Of a DNA stretch of 38,933 bases, positions 1 through 9,070 are shown in pieces. Both the position numbers and the translations under genes were made by a program. How positions within the stretch are numbered: position 1 is the stretch's first letter; each line of letters starts with the position of its first letter. Under the pieces are notes generated by a model that saw only the letters and a program-made list of their open reading frames with translations, did no database searches and was not told the DNA's origin. Source of the stretch: a virus. The stretch spans positions 1 to 38,933 of the IMG/VR virus record IMGVR_UViG_3300021399_000041; one strand, written 5' to 3'.

Positions 1-107
1 CGCCGTTTACGATAGTTGGCAGCGGCGCGGTATTTGGGTTATCGGCCTGCGCCGTCTTCTGCCCCGTCTTTGATACCCACCAGTTACCAAATTCGTCCTG
101 CACGGCT
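1..107. repeat. Terminal direct repeat identical to 38827-38933 (circular-assembly overlap or terminal redundancy)
   Basis: cgccgtttacgatagttggc...attcgtcctgcacggct was read at both ends with no mismatch. Confidence 0.95.
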
Positions 108-184
108 TGGTTTACATAGTAGCCGCGCGTAGAATCATAACGCCCTACGGTTCTGATTCCTGCAAATCCTATTAAAATTCTCAT
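1..184 (-). CDS. 5' end of the DGR target/fibre gene after circularisation; adds 27 N-terminal codons (MRILIGFAGIRTVGRYDSTRGYYVNQA) upstream of the GTG at 38929 (equivalent to position 103)
   Basis: ATG at 184-182 is in frame (81 nt) with the ORF that starts at 38929 (equivalent to 103). There is no stop between them. An AT-rich spacer follows the stop of the 211..1596 gene. Confidence 0.6.
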   Translation of the reverse strand, partial: MRILIGFAGIRTVGRYDSTRGYYVNQAVQDEFGNWWVSKTGQKTAQADNPNTAPLPTIVNG

Positions 185-210
185 AGCTATAAAAATAAAT
201 TTATAAAAGT

Positions 211-1596
211 TTAGAAGTTCACGTAAAGACAGCCGTCTTCTGCCAGTTCAAAGCGGCCTGCATCCGTTGGCGCGCTCTCGATATATACGGCCATTGTTTC
301 CGGGTCGCAGTCGAAGCGTGGGAAAGTCGTCGGTATCATTGCCGACAAGTCCGTGACTTCATACTGGTTCGTTTCTGCGTTCCACACGCGCCAGTAGCCG
401 TCGTAGCGGTCAAAATATGGCGGATGCTTCGCGTCGTTTGTAGCCTCAACACATTCCGCTGTGGCGGCTTCAGTGGCGGCTTTTGCAGCGTTGGCACGGC
501 TGACGGCTTCAGTCACTTGTGCGCTGTTGGTCTGCTGCATCTGCGTAATGGCCTGCTGTGTCTCGCTGTCGTTGTCAGCGATGGCAGCGGCCAGCTGTAC
601 TTCAGCACGGCGTATGAATTCACTGGTAGCCGTCTGCGTGGCAGTAGTGGCTTCTATGGCTTCCTGCGTAGCGTTTTCCATATTATCCAGTTTCACGTCT
701 GCGTCTGCCAGCTTTTGCGTCATGCTGGCGGCTGCATCTGTAGCGGTCTGTACGGCTGCTGCCGCGTCGCCTCTGATGGCCTCTATCTGTACTACGGCTG
801 TTTCTGCACGTTCTGCCGCTGAAGTGGCGCGCGTAGTGGCTTCGCCTGCTGCCGTCGTAGCGTCTTCAGTAGTCTGCGTAGCCAGTCGTGCCGCTGCTGC
901 CGCTTCGTTTGCCGATGTCACGGCGGCTGTCGTCGCTGTAGCGGCTTCAGTGGCAGCGGCGTGGGCGCGTGCTGCTGCCGTGTCAAGCTGGCTTTCGGCG
1001 TTGGCCGCTGCCTGCTTAATAGCTGTGTCAGCCTGCCACGTTATTTCTACTATAGCCTGCTTGCAGTCTTCTTTCACTTGCAGCACGGCTACGGCGGCTT
1101 CAGTGGCAGCTTCAGCGGCTTTTCCGGCTTCAAAGCCTACGGCCTGCGCGTCGCCAGTAGCCTGCTGTGCGGCTGTAGTGGCTTGCTGTGTGGCTGTAGT
1201 GGCTTCGCCTGCCGCGTCTGTAGCATCTTTAGCGGCTTCTACGGCGGCGTTCACGGTAGCGGCTGCTTCTGTAGCGGCCTGCTGTGCCTGCTGTGCCTGC
1301 GTTTTCGCGTCAGTGGCCTGCTGTAAGGCCGTCTGCGCGTTGGCCAGCGTAGTGCTGCTGGTTCTCGCAGCTGTGCGCGCTTCAGCAGCAGCGTTATTCG
1401 CGTCTGTTGCAGCGGTAATAGCTGGCTGGCTCAAAGCCTCAACTGGCACTACTACCATTTCGCCGTTAATGTAGCCCGGTAGACTATTAACGCCGTCAAG
1501 TGTCGTTACCTCTCGCAGCTCCGGCACGCTGTCAGCCTGCCCGCGCAAAGCGGCCAGCACTTCGCTGATAATCTGCTGTTTTTCTGCTGCTGTCAT
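211..1596 (-). CDS. Ala/Thr/Gln-rich coiled-coil fibre-like structural protein with a globular C-terminal domain
   Basis: 461-aa ORF with low-complexity A/T/Q/E sequence. C-terminus reads HPPYFDRYDGYWRVWNAETNQYEV...FELAEDGCLYVNF. Lies in the fibre module. The long plus-strand ORFs inside it are composition shadows. Confidence 0.75.
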   Translation of the reverse strand: MTAAEKQQIISEVLAALRGQADSVPELREVTTLDGVNSLPGYINGEMVVVPVEALSQPAITAATDANNAAAEARTAARTSSTTLANAQTALQQATDAKTQAQQAQQAATEAAATVNAAVEAAKDATDAAGEATTATQQATTAAQQATGDAQAVGFEAGKAAEAATEAAVAVLQVKEDCKQAIVEITWQADTAIKQAAANAESQLDTAAARAHAAATEAATATTAAVTSANEAAAAARLATQTTEDATTAAGEATTRATSAAERAETAVVQIEAIRGDAAAAVQTATDAAASMTQKLADADVKLDNMENATQEAIEATTATQTATSEFIRRAEVQLAAAIADNDSETQQAITQMQQTNSAQVTEAVSRANAAKAATEAATAECVEATNDAKHPPYFDRYDGYWRVWNAETNQYEVTDLSAMIPTTFPRFDCDPETMAVYIESAPTDAGRFELAEDGCLYVNF

Positions 1597-1619
1597 AGAT
1601 TTACTATTTTGTCGGGTGT

Positions 1620-1657
1620 CTATATATTACTAATTATTCTGCTTTCGCCCCCTCGAT
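1620..1657 (-). promoter_or_regulatory. Late-gene bipartite repeat, copy E (variant: CATCGAGGGGGCGAAA-N13-GTAATATATAG)
   Basis: Plus strand has ttcgccccctcgat at 1644-1657 and ctatatattac at 1620-1630, 47 nt upstream of the ATG at 1596. It overlaps the last codons (DDIEGAKAE) of the upstream ORF. Confidence 0.55.
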
Positions 1658-1924
1658 GTCGTCAGCCAGTACCATTTCCAAAGCGTCCATGAAGCGCGGC
1701 TGGCAGAAGTTCGTAGCGGCTACTTTCATTATTTGCACTTCTTTTTCGTCGTACTCCACGGCTCCCTCTGACTTGTAAATCTTTTCTGCCAGCACTTTGG
1801 CGGCTATGCCGGTAAGATTGTTATAGATAGAATCTGCGAAAGATTCTCTTACGTCGCCAGTCACTTGCTTTTTGTTTGCTATACCGTCCGGCATAGAAAA
1901 CTTTTGAAAATTGATTTTCTTCAT
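1634..1924 (-). CDS. Hypothetical protein (96 aa) between two fibre genes
   Basis: ORF tightly packed between 1944..6719 and 211..1596; no recognisable motif. Confidence 0.6.
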   Translation of the reverse strand: MKKINFQKFSMPDGIANKKQVTGDVRESFADSIYNNLTGIAAKVLAEKIYKSEGAVEYDEKEVQIMKVAATNFCQPRFMDALEMVLADDIEGAKAE

Positions 1925-1943
1925 AATTCGTTATTTTAATTGT

Positions 1944-4900
1944 TTATCTAATACTTCCCTGCTTATAAAGCCAGTATATTTCTTCGTAGCCGTCTGTTAT
2001 CTTACATTTGCATTCCATGTAACAGAATGAATTTTGCCCAATACCAAACGAAACGCTGCTGCCGCTTTCTGTTTCTTTCAGCGCACCAGTAAACGACATA
2101 GTATAACTGCTTCTATTTACAACTAACAGCGTGTTACCTATCAGCATTCTACATTCGTCTTTTTGTTGCTCATTGTATTTTGTTGCTGTGTAGCTATCCA
2201 TATACGGCATTGCCACGTCTATTCTTTGCCCCACGTTGCTGGCTATCTCTACAAACTGGCCACACTTCAGCACGTCTAAGTAAACGCCAAAGTCGGTATT
2301 AATTGTGTAAGCGGTCACGTTACTGGCGTTAATAATCAGCTTCGCCTTATACATAAAGCCCTTAATGGTAATGTCGTCGAAAATACCGTTTTTCGCTGTC
2401 ACTACGTCTGCCCAAATCTGCTGCACGTTCAGCAAAGACATGTTAATATAGCCATTAGACGCTACCAAAGTCTTTTGGCCGCTGTTTGTCTGCACTACAA
2501 ACTTGTTAGTCGTTATAACTATCTTTTCGTTTGTTATGTCGATACCAGTAGCAAGCTGGCCGCAGCGTTCCATTATTTCCTGCACTGACGGGCAAACGCC
2601 GCCCATAACTACACCAACAGCCCACACGTCCCAGCGGCCTTGCACGCAGTTAATGCCGATAGTGTGCGTGTCTACACCGCTATTGTTAGCCATTAGGCCA
2701 GTGGCTATCTGACGGGTAGCGTAATACTTTCGCCAGCCGTTACCCAAATCAGTAAACGCCGCCGTAGCTGTGTCTACCGCGCTAACGTTTTCGTCACCAC
2801 CACCAAAGCAAAGACGCTTTCTGTTGTTGCCCTCTTGTACCTCGTAGCCGTTCACGCAGCGACATATAACAAACCATGTAGTAACCTTTCCCACCAGCGC
2901 GCTATAATTGTTTCCGGCTGTGAATGTTATTTGCCAGTTCTGCGCCGTGTCATGGTCTACTTGCACAAATTCGCCAAATATCGGGTCTGCGTGCTGGTCT
3001 ACTTCTTCAGTACAATAGTCGTCGTCTATGTTCGCGTCGATGGCGCGCGGATTCAGTATGTAGTTTTTCCAAAGCAGCTGGTCGTCGGCTCCCGGCATCC
3101 ACGCCGTAGCATCTTCGCCGCGCTCTATCTTATACCAGTTTACTACTACGCCGTAGCTTCGTGTACCGCCGGAATTTGTGCCACCCCGGTAGTGCATATA
3201 AGACATAATGTTATATTCTGCTGTTCTGTCAGCAGTAAACGTTACGCTTTTGGTCTGTGCGCTGGTAGACACTATTTCTATATACCCCTTTGTTATCCAG
3301 TCGCCTACGGCCTGCGCATTTCCTGCGTTTACGTCAGCCTGCACCGCCCACCGCCAAACATAACAGCGTAGTGACATGTTATTATTATATGCGCCAGCTG
3401 TCAGCATACCGTTTGCGCTGAAAGTGTACTGCTGTCCGGCTGTCAGCCTCAGCGTTCGCATAGCGAAGCCGTAAAGCGTCGATGTCTCATTAATCAGCGA
3501 AGACGCTAACAAGTTACGCCCGCCTTGATTATCCAGCACTTTGTTAATTTTTGCGCTGATGGTGTCGGCTGTCTGTGTCAGCTGTGTGCCAGTGGCGTAG
3601 TCGTTTTCTATAGTCGTCACACGGCTGCTTATACTTCCAGCCATTTGTGAAATGGTGCTGACACTTGTATTAAGACTGGCTATGTCTCTGTCGTTGTCGT
3701 CTACCGCGTTACCTAACTGGCTTATTTGTGAAGTGTGACTGCTGACGGTTGAAGTAAGGCCGTTGGCTGTTACTTCCAAAGCTGCCACCCGGTCTGTTAC
3801 ACTGGTCAAGCTGCCACCCAAACTATTAATAGAAGACGTGTGGCTGCTGACGGTAGCACTAATTCCGTTTACCGTCGTTTCCAGTGTAGTGGTTCTGTCG
3901 CCTAAGTCGCTTAATGTCTCTGTGTGTTCGCTGACGGTAGCACTAATTCCGCTAACGGTCTGCGTCAGCGTAGCTATAGCCGTGCTGTTGCCGCTGGCCG
4001 TGCTGCTTACTGAAGACAGACTGCTTTCTATTTGCCCGGCTCTGATTTGTAGCGCGCTTATAGAAGACGTGTGGCCGTCTACGGTGTCGCTTATATCCTC
4101 TACGCTGGCAGTAATGCTTTCTGCTGTCGTTTCCAGTGTTCCTATGCGCGTGCTGTTGCCGCTGGCTGTAGATTCCACGGCGGTAACTCTGGCCGTTATA
4201 CTGGTCGCTGTTGTTTCCAGTGTTCCTACGCGGGTAGTCAGCCCGGAAAGGTCGTCTTCGATGTCTGACACGCTGGCCGTAATATTTGTAGCCGTCGTTT
4301 CCAAAGTGCCTACACGGGTAGCTATGCCGTCGGCTTTCGTGTCTACTGCTGTCACACTGGCTTCTATGGCCGTCGCTCTGACTTGCAGCGCGCCTATGGC
4401 TGTGCTGTTGCTGCTGGCTGTAGATTCCACGGCGGTAACGCGCGAAGTAATGCTTTCAGCGGTTACTTCCAAAGTACCTACGCGCGTGGCTATGCCGTCA
4501 GCCTTAGTGTCTACCGCCGTCACACTGGCTTCTATGGCAGTGGCGCGTACTTGTAGCGCGCCTATGGCCGTGCTGTTGCTGCTGGCGGTAGTTTCAACAG
4601 CAGACACGCGCGCTGTGATACTTTCGGCTGTCACCTCCAAAGCACCTACGCGCGTCGTGTTGCTGTCTACTTTGTTTTCCACGCGCTGCACTTCCAGCAA
4701 AATGTGTTCTTTTGTCTGTTCTATCCTGCTTTCGTAGTACGTGTATTCGTTCAGCGTCAGCATTACGTCGTGAATCAGCATAACGCCGTTAGTGGCTATA
4801 GTGAAGTTACCCGTGCCACTCCAGTAGCCCGTAGCCTCAACGTGTATATATTCATTGTCAGCTGTCAAAGCCTCGCTGTACGACAAAGCAGTGAATGTGT

Positions 4901-6719
4901 CGTAGCCCGTCGTAGTCTCTCCGGCTATGCTAATAGTCAGGGTTCCGGCTTCCAGCACTTTCACATACATAGACACGTACACTGGCACGGCCTGCTTTTT
5001 GCTGTTCACCGTCTTTATTTCGGGTGTCTTCGCGTAATCAGCGGCCAGCTGCACCAGTTGGCTGTTAGCGATACGCGCCACACCCAGCCCGCCGTCTGTA
5101 GTCCAGCTTGTGCCATTTCCCAGCTTGTTAGCCAGCGGCGACTTATTAGCCCATACATACTTAGCACCCACTTTGAAGTAGCGCGTGCTGGCGTTACCCT
5201 GCCAACCGTTCAAGTCAGTGGCAAAGCTGCCATTTGTCAGATAGTTGTCTTTGTCGGTAGCTGTGCGCACCGTCTCGCTTATGATGCTGGTAATTTTTCC
5301 GTCTATCACTTGCAGCAGACTACGCCCGTCATTCAGATAGAAGTCGCCAGTAAATACGTTTCCGTGTGGGCTTATGCGCGTCTTCTGTCTGCCAGTCAGC
5401 CTATAGCTATTAATGCCTTGATACTGCGTAATGGCTGGCGCGTCTGTGCCTACGGCTGACAGCATAATAGCGTGCTGGCGTTCTGTGTCTGTACGGTTTC
5501 CCAGCTGCACTACATGGTCGCCTGCTGCTGGCGCGTCGCTGTTGGCCTCGCAGTCGCTCTTTGACACGTCTATATAGTCTTCGCCTACTTCAGTAACCAG
5601 TCGCCACCAGTAGCGATTTTGCACATTTTGGTACACTCCGGCCTTAATATTGAATGTCTGACAGCGTGCTTGGTCGCCAGCGCGCCAGTAGTTCATAGTG
5701 GCTGTAGTGCCGTCGTCGTTCTTAATGGTACACCGCCAAAAAGTGCCTTTGTCTTCCACGCCCGTAATAACGCTGCCAGCACCGCTTAACAGCAGATTAC
5801 CACCTACATAACTAAGACGGCGTATTTCCAATTCATCAAAGATGGCCTTAACTCTTACCAGCAGTTTGTCACACTCTATTACCCACATGCCGCCAGCATC
5901 TTGGTACGCACCTATTCCAGTACCTAACATGCCGCCAGCCGTCCAGTCGGGTGTCTTCAGCCACGCAAAGATAGCACCGCCCAGCAGCTTCAGCAGATAC
6001 CGGGTTTCGTCTTCAGTGTCTTTGCGTAGAAATGTGCCTATCATTTTGGCTACGGTCATAATGGCCGTGTCGTCAGCCTCAACAGCAGCACCGCTTTGGA
6101 TAGCGCGCACTATCTTAGCGTCACCCAGCCACATGCCACGCACCAGCGTAATAAAGTCCTCAAAGGTTATCTTTCCTTTGGCTACGTCGTCATGCAGCTT
6201 TGATAAGAATTTCTTTTCAGCGCGCTTTTCCGATTCCCCTATTTTGCCGTCGATTTTCTGCCAGTCTGTACTATCAGCCGTCAAGTTCTTAGCCAGTGTA
6301 GCTAAGTCTGCCGTCTTCGCGTGGTCTGTTTTGCCTGCTCTGTCAGCAGTCTGCGCGTGTATGGCCTCGTTAGCACTGGCCGCGTGGTCTGCTTCATCTG
6401 CACGCTGTGCGTTCACGGCTACGTCTGCGTGCTTCGCGCGTTCAGCTTCAGCAGCATTTGCGGCTATGTCGGCGTTCTGCGCGTGTGTGGCTTCGTCTGC
6501 TAAGTTGGCACGTTCTGCCAGCCTTGCTTTTCCGGCTTCTTCTGCATACTTCGCGGTTCCGGCTTCTTCTGCATACTGCACACTGCCAGCTGGCGTGTCG
6601 CTGTTGCTGCTGCTGCCTACGTTGTTTATAATGGTAGTGCTGCCGCCGCCAGTTCCTTTGAAGTTCTCGCTACGGCCTTTACCGGGAATAATATACGATA
6701 TTACTTTTACGTCTTTCAT
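1944..6719 (-). CDS. Large tail fibre / host-recognition protein (1591 aa)
   Basis: ATGA overlap with the upstream gene at 6716-6719. N-terminal Ala-rich HAxxAD-type repeats and central ~56-aa imperfect tandem repeats (TRVGxLExTAESITxRV...). Two jelly-roll/CBM-like stretches (NGSFATDLNGWQGN, GGRNLLASSLINET). Position is downstream of the tape measure. Confidence 0.8.
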   Translation of the reverse strand: MKDVKVISYIIPGKGRSENFKGTGGGSTTIINNVGSSSNSDTPAGSVQYAEEAGTAKYAEEAGKARLAERANLADEATHAQNADIAANAAEAERAKHADVAVNAQRADEADHAASANEAIHAQTADRAGKTDHAKTADLATLAKNLTADSTDWQKIDGKIGESEKRAEKKFLSKLHDDVAKGKITFEDFITLVRGMWLGDAKIVRAIQSGAAVEADDTAIMTVAKMIGTFLRKDTEDETRYLLKLLGGAIFAWLKTPDWTAGGMLGTGIGAYQDAGGMWVIECDKLLVRVKAIFDELEIRRLSYVGGNLLLSGAGSVITGVEDKGTFWRCTIKNDDGTTATMNYWRAGDQARCQTFNIKAGVYQNVQNRYWWRLVTEVGEDYIDVSKSDCEANSDAPAAGDHVVQLGNRTDTERQHAIMLSAVGTDAPAITQYQGINSYRLTGRQKTRISPHGNVFTGDFYLNDGRSLLQVIDGKITSIISETVRTATDKDNYLTNGSFATDLNGWQGNASTRYFKVGAKYVWANKSPLANKLGNGTSWTTDGGLGVARIANSQLVQLAADYAKTPEIKTVNSKKQAVPVYVSMYVKVLEAGTLTISIAGETTTGYDTFTALSYSEALTADNEYIHVEATGYWSGTGNFTIATNGVMLIHDVMLTLNEYTYYESRIEQTKEHILLEVQRVENKVDSNTTRVGALEVTAESITARVSAVETTASSNSTAIGALQVRATAIEASVTAVDTKADGIATRVGTLEVTAESITSRVTAVESTASSNSTAIGALQVRATAIEASVTAVDTKADGIATRVGTLETTATNITASVSDIEDDLSGLTTRVGTLETTATSITARVTAVESTASGNSTRIGTLETTAESITASVEDISDTVDGHTSSISALQIRAGQIESSLSSVSSTASGNSTAIATLTQTVSGISATVSEHTETLSDLGDRTTTLETTVNGISATVSSHTSSINSLGGSLTSVTDRVAALEVTANGLTSTVSSHTSQISQLGNAVDDNDRDIASLNTSVSTISQMAGSISSRVTTIENDYATGTQLTQTADTISAKINKVLDNQGGRNLLASSLINETSTLYGFAMRTLRLTAGQQYTFSANGMLTAGAYNNNMSLRCYVWRWAVQADVNAGNAQAVGDWITKGYIEIVSTSAQTKSVTFTADRTAEYNIMSYMHYRGGTNSGGTRSYGVVVNWYKIERGEDATAWMPGADDQLLWKNYILNPRAIDANIDDDYCTEEVDQHADPIFGEFVQVDHDTAQNWQITFTAGNNYSALVGKVTTWFVICRCVNGYEVQEGNNRKRLCFGGGDENVSAVDTATAAFTDLGNGWRKYYATRQIATGLMANNSGVDTHTIGINCVQGRWDVWAVGVVMGGVCPSVQEIMERCGQLATGIDITNEKIVITTNKFVVQTNSGQKTLVASNGYINMSLLNVQQIWADVVTAKNGIFDDITIKGFMYKAKLIINASNVTAYTINTDFGVYLDVLKCGQFVEIASNVGQRIDVAMPYMDSYTATKYNEQQKDECRMLIGNTLLVVNRSSYTMSFTGALKETESGSSVSFGIGQNSFCYMECKCKITDGYEEIYWLYKQGSIR
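4299..4667. repeat. Imperfect 168-bp (56-codon) tandem repeat, about 2.2 copies, inside the fibre gene; more degenerate copies extend from about 3760 to 4680
   Basis: ttccaaagtgcctacacgggtagctatgccgtc... at 4299 recurs at 4467 and partially at 4635. The protein repeat is ATRVGTLEVTAESITxRVxAVExTASSNSTAIGALQVRATAIEASVTAVDTKADGI. Confidence 0.8.
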
Positions 6720-9022
6720 TCTTCAAAAGTTATCATTTGCACGGTTGCAGTGTCGTTTGCAAAATCTATTTCGCCGCCAGTCTGCACAAAACGCTGGCCG
6801 GGCTGTGTCTTATCGGTTATAATGTCAGCTGGCAGCAAAGCCGGGTTTTGGCGAAGTTCTTGCGACAGCCTCACTTTTGGCACTTCATACTGGCTGATAA
6901 TACGGCGCAAAAGCATTTCTTCCGGCCTAACGTATCTATGTGTCACGCCCTCATACAAATGTGCTTCTATGTATTCGCCGTTAAGCATAACCTTGCTAAA
7001 ACATGCGCCGTCGTTATTGTAGCTGCTTATCTTCGCTTCTATTTCGTCTAACTCATTGATAAAGTCAGCGTTTACTTCGTTGGTATAGATGCGGTCGCCG
7101 TTGTCGTCTGCTGTCACGCTGCCGTTATCCATAATGTCATACGTCAGCTTCAGTGTTTGCAGTGCTATGTTTTGACTGGCTCCCACGATGGCAAATTCTA
7201 CACTACCTTGCAGCTGTTCCAGTATAGGCACGGCAAAGCAGTCTACTGCACCCAGCGCGGCTATTTGCTCCGGCGTGGCGCGCTGCTTTGCGTCGCCGTT
7301 TTCGTCTATGGTTATACTGAAGTTGCACGCCGTCGTCTGCCAGTTTGTGCCGTTCCAGTATTTTTCACCTATGCGAAGTATGCAGTACAAGTCTGCTGTA
7401 GTGCCTTTTCTTACACCCCATGCGCTTACAAAGTCGGTAGCACTCTTTACTTCTATCTTTACCCAGCCGTTTGGGTAGCTGGCTTCCGGCGTGGCGTTGG
7501 CAAACTCTAAAAGGTGCTTATCTTCCATACGCACGCCAAAACTTGCCCAGCTCCAGTCTGGCCTATAAGTTCCACGTCCTTTGCCTACAGATAGAATAAG
7601 CAGATAGTTTTTCCAGTTCCATGTGCTATCTTTCAGCTGGTCGTCCGGGTAGATAACTTTCCAGTCCTGCGATTCGTCGCCAGTATTTGCTACTTTTGTG
7701 TTCTTTCCCTCGCTTACATAGTCTATGCTGGCCACGCGCACAAAGAAAGCCCCATATATTACACCATTTGGGCCAGTAGGCAAAGCCCATAAATAGCCGT
7801 CGTTTACGCCTATCGGGTGCTGATACGCCGTAGATACGTCAGCCAGTGCTATGCCTTCCACTTTCTCGCGTAAAGTCTGACCGTGGTAGTCTATCGGGTT
7901 TAGACGCGATATTTGCTGGTCGTTTACCGTGTAGCCAGTCGGCTTAAACTGGTGTATAGCCCACTTTATGCCATTAAGCATTTTGGTAGCGCACCGCCTA
8001 CGGTATAAGTGCCATACCCTATTTTCCCATTCTCCCTCTGTCCGCGTCCACTCTGCATCTGTTTCCCACTGCTTAACTACTGGTAGCGCGGTCATGTCGT
8101 CGTTGGGTAGAATAACGCCGCTGTTATTGCTGGCGGCTGCTGAATAGTTAGACACCTTAATAGTAGCTTTGTTATAGCCACCTAATAAGTCTAACGTGTG
8201 CTGGCTACCATGATAGCCTATAGCCTGCACGCTCTTATAGCCGGGCGTTACGGCGTTAGCCTCAACAAGTGGCAAAGCGTCACTGATTCCGTAAGCGTCA
8301 TAAGCGTCTTTATAGTTGTAGTCTGTAAACCACAAAGCACCCTGCCAGTCGCAAAGTGTCAAGTGTGCAAATCTACAAATTTCTTCCAGTATTTGCAGCC
8401 AGTTCATTGGCTTGCTTTCTTCGTCGAAAAAGTTCTGTTCTGATATTTGGCAGTCGTTACGCAGCAGCGCATTTTCGCCGTATGCTTCGCGGCTGATAGC
8501 AAACGTATGCGGAATATACACGCAGCTATAGCGGCCTGCTGCCAGCGTCAGCGCGCGGCCTATCAGACTGCGAAGACTGACAAAGCCGGGCTTACCGTCC
8601 TGCCCTGCCACTTTGTACGGTATCTGTTCCAGCACATTCACCGCGCTTTGCACTTCGATGTCTAACGGCTGTGTGCCGCCGCTGTAGTCCTGCGTGAATT
8701 CTTCCGGCCTTACAAATCCACACCAGCGCACGCCGCCCGGTTCGTTAGTGCTGGCCAGTTCTACCAGTGTAACGCGGTACTGCTGCCACCCGGTAGCAAA
8801 CAGCTGGCGCAATTCCGCGCCACCCACTACGCTGATGGTTCCAGTGGAAAGCCTTAACGGTGTATATATGAAAGCGTCGTTATTAATGCTGATAGTAAGC
8901 GGTTCCGGCGCGCCAGTAAGTTCTACTGGTTCGCCGCTGTAGCCGCTTTCCTCTACCTCTACGCGGTATTTCCTGCCGCGAAGTGATGCAAATGGTATAG
9001 TATATTTTACTGCGTAACTCAT
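6716..9022 (-). CDS. Tail tip / baseplate protein (putative distal tail protein, 768 aa)
   Basis: First ORF after the tape measure gene and overlaps the fibre gene by 4 nt. The call is positional only. Confidence 0.6.
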   Translation of the reverse strand: MSYAVKYTIPFASLRGRKYRVEVEESGYSGEPVELTGAPEPLTISINNDAFIYTPLRLSTGTISVVGGAELRQLFATGWQQYRVTLVELASTNEPGGVRWCGFVRPEEFTQDYSGGTQPLDIEVQSAVNVLEQIPYKVAGQDGKPGFVSLRSLIGRALTLAAGRYSCVYIPHTFAISREAYGENALLRNDCQISEQNFFDEESKPMNWLQILEEICRFAHLTLCDWQGALWFTDYNYKDAYDAYGISDALPLVEANAVTPGYKSVQAIGYHGSQHTLDLLGGYNKATIKVSNYSAAASNNSGVILPNDDMTALPVVKQWETDAEWTRTEGEWENRVWHLYRRRCATKMLNGIKWAIHQFKPTGYTVNDQQISRLNPIDYHGQTLREKVEGIALADVSTAYQHPIGVNDGYLWALPTGPNGVIYGAFFVRVASIDYVSEGKNTKVANTGDESQDWKVIYPDDQLKDSTWNWKNYLLILSVGKGRGTYRPDWSWASFGVRMEDKHLLEFANATPEASYPNGWVKIEVKSATDFVSAWGVRKGTTADLYCILRIGEKYWNGTNWQTTACNFSITIDENGDAKQRATPEQIAALGAVDCFAVPILEQLQGSVEFAIVGASQNIALQTLKLTYDIMDNGSVTADDNGDRIYTNEVNADFINELDEIEAKISSYNNDGACFSKVMLNGEYIEAHLYEGVTHRYVRPEEMLLRRIISQYEVPKVRLSQELRQNPALLPADIITDKTQPGQRFVQTGGEIDFANDTATVQMITFEE

Positions 9023-9030
9023 AAAATGTC

Positions 9031-9070
9031 TTTATATTACCGCCTGCCAGCGGCTCTTTGCCCCCTCGAT
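9031..9070 (-). promoter_or_regulatory. Late-gene bipartite repeat, copy A (ATCGAGGGGGCAAA-N16-GTAATATAAA)
   Basis: Plus strand has tttgccccctcgat at 9057-9070, abutting the tape measure stop codon, and tttatattac at 9031-9040. The ATG of the next gene is at 9022. Confidence 0.6.

Noticed and set aside
424-1474. Long plus-strand ORFs (424..822, 461..1474, 961..1326) antisense to the 461-aa gene
   Set aside because: They lie inside an extremely Ala/Thr-rich, GC-skewed low-complexity gene, and their products are Ala/Cys/Val-rich nonsense typical of shadow frames. The minus-strand gene fits the operon.
2503-6822. Plus-strand ORFs inside the 1591-aa fibre gene (for example 3763..4737, 4704..5459, 5842..6822)
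   Set aside because: They are antisense shadows of a long repeat-rich gene, with no start context and no operon logic.
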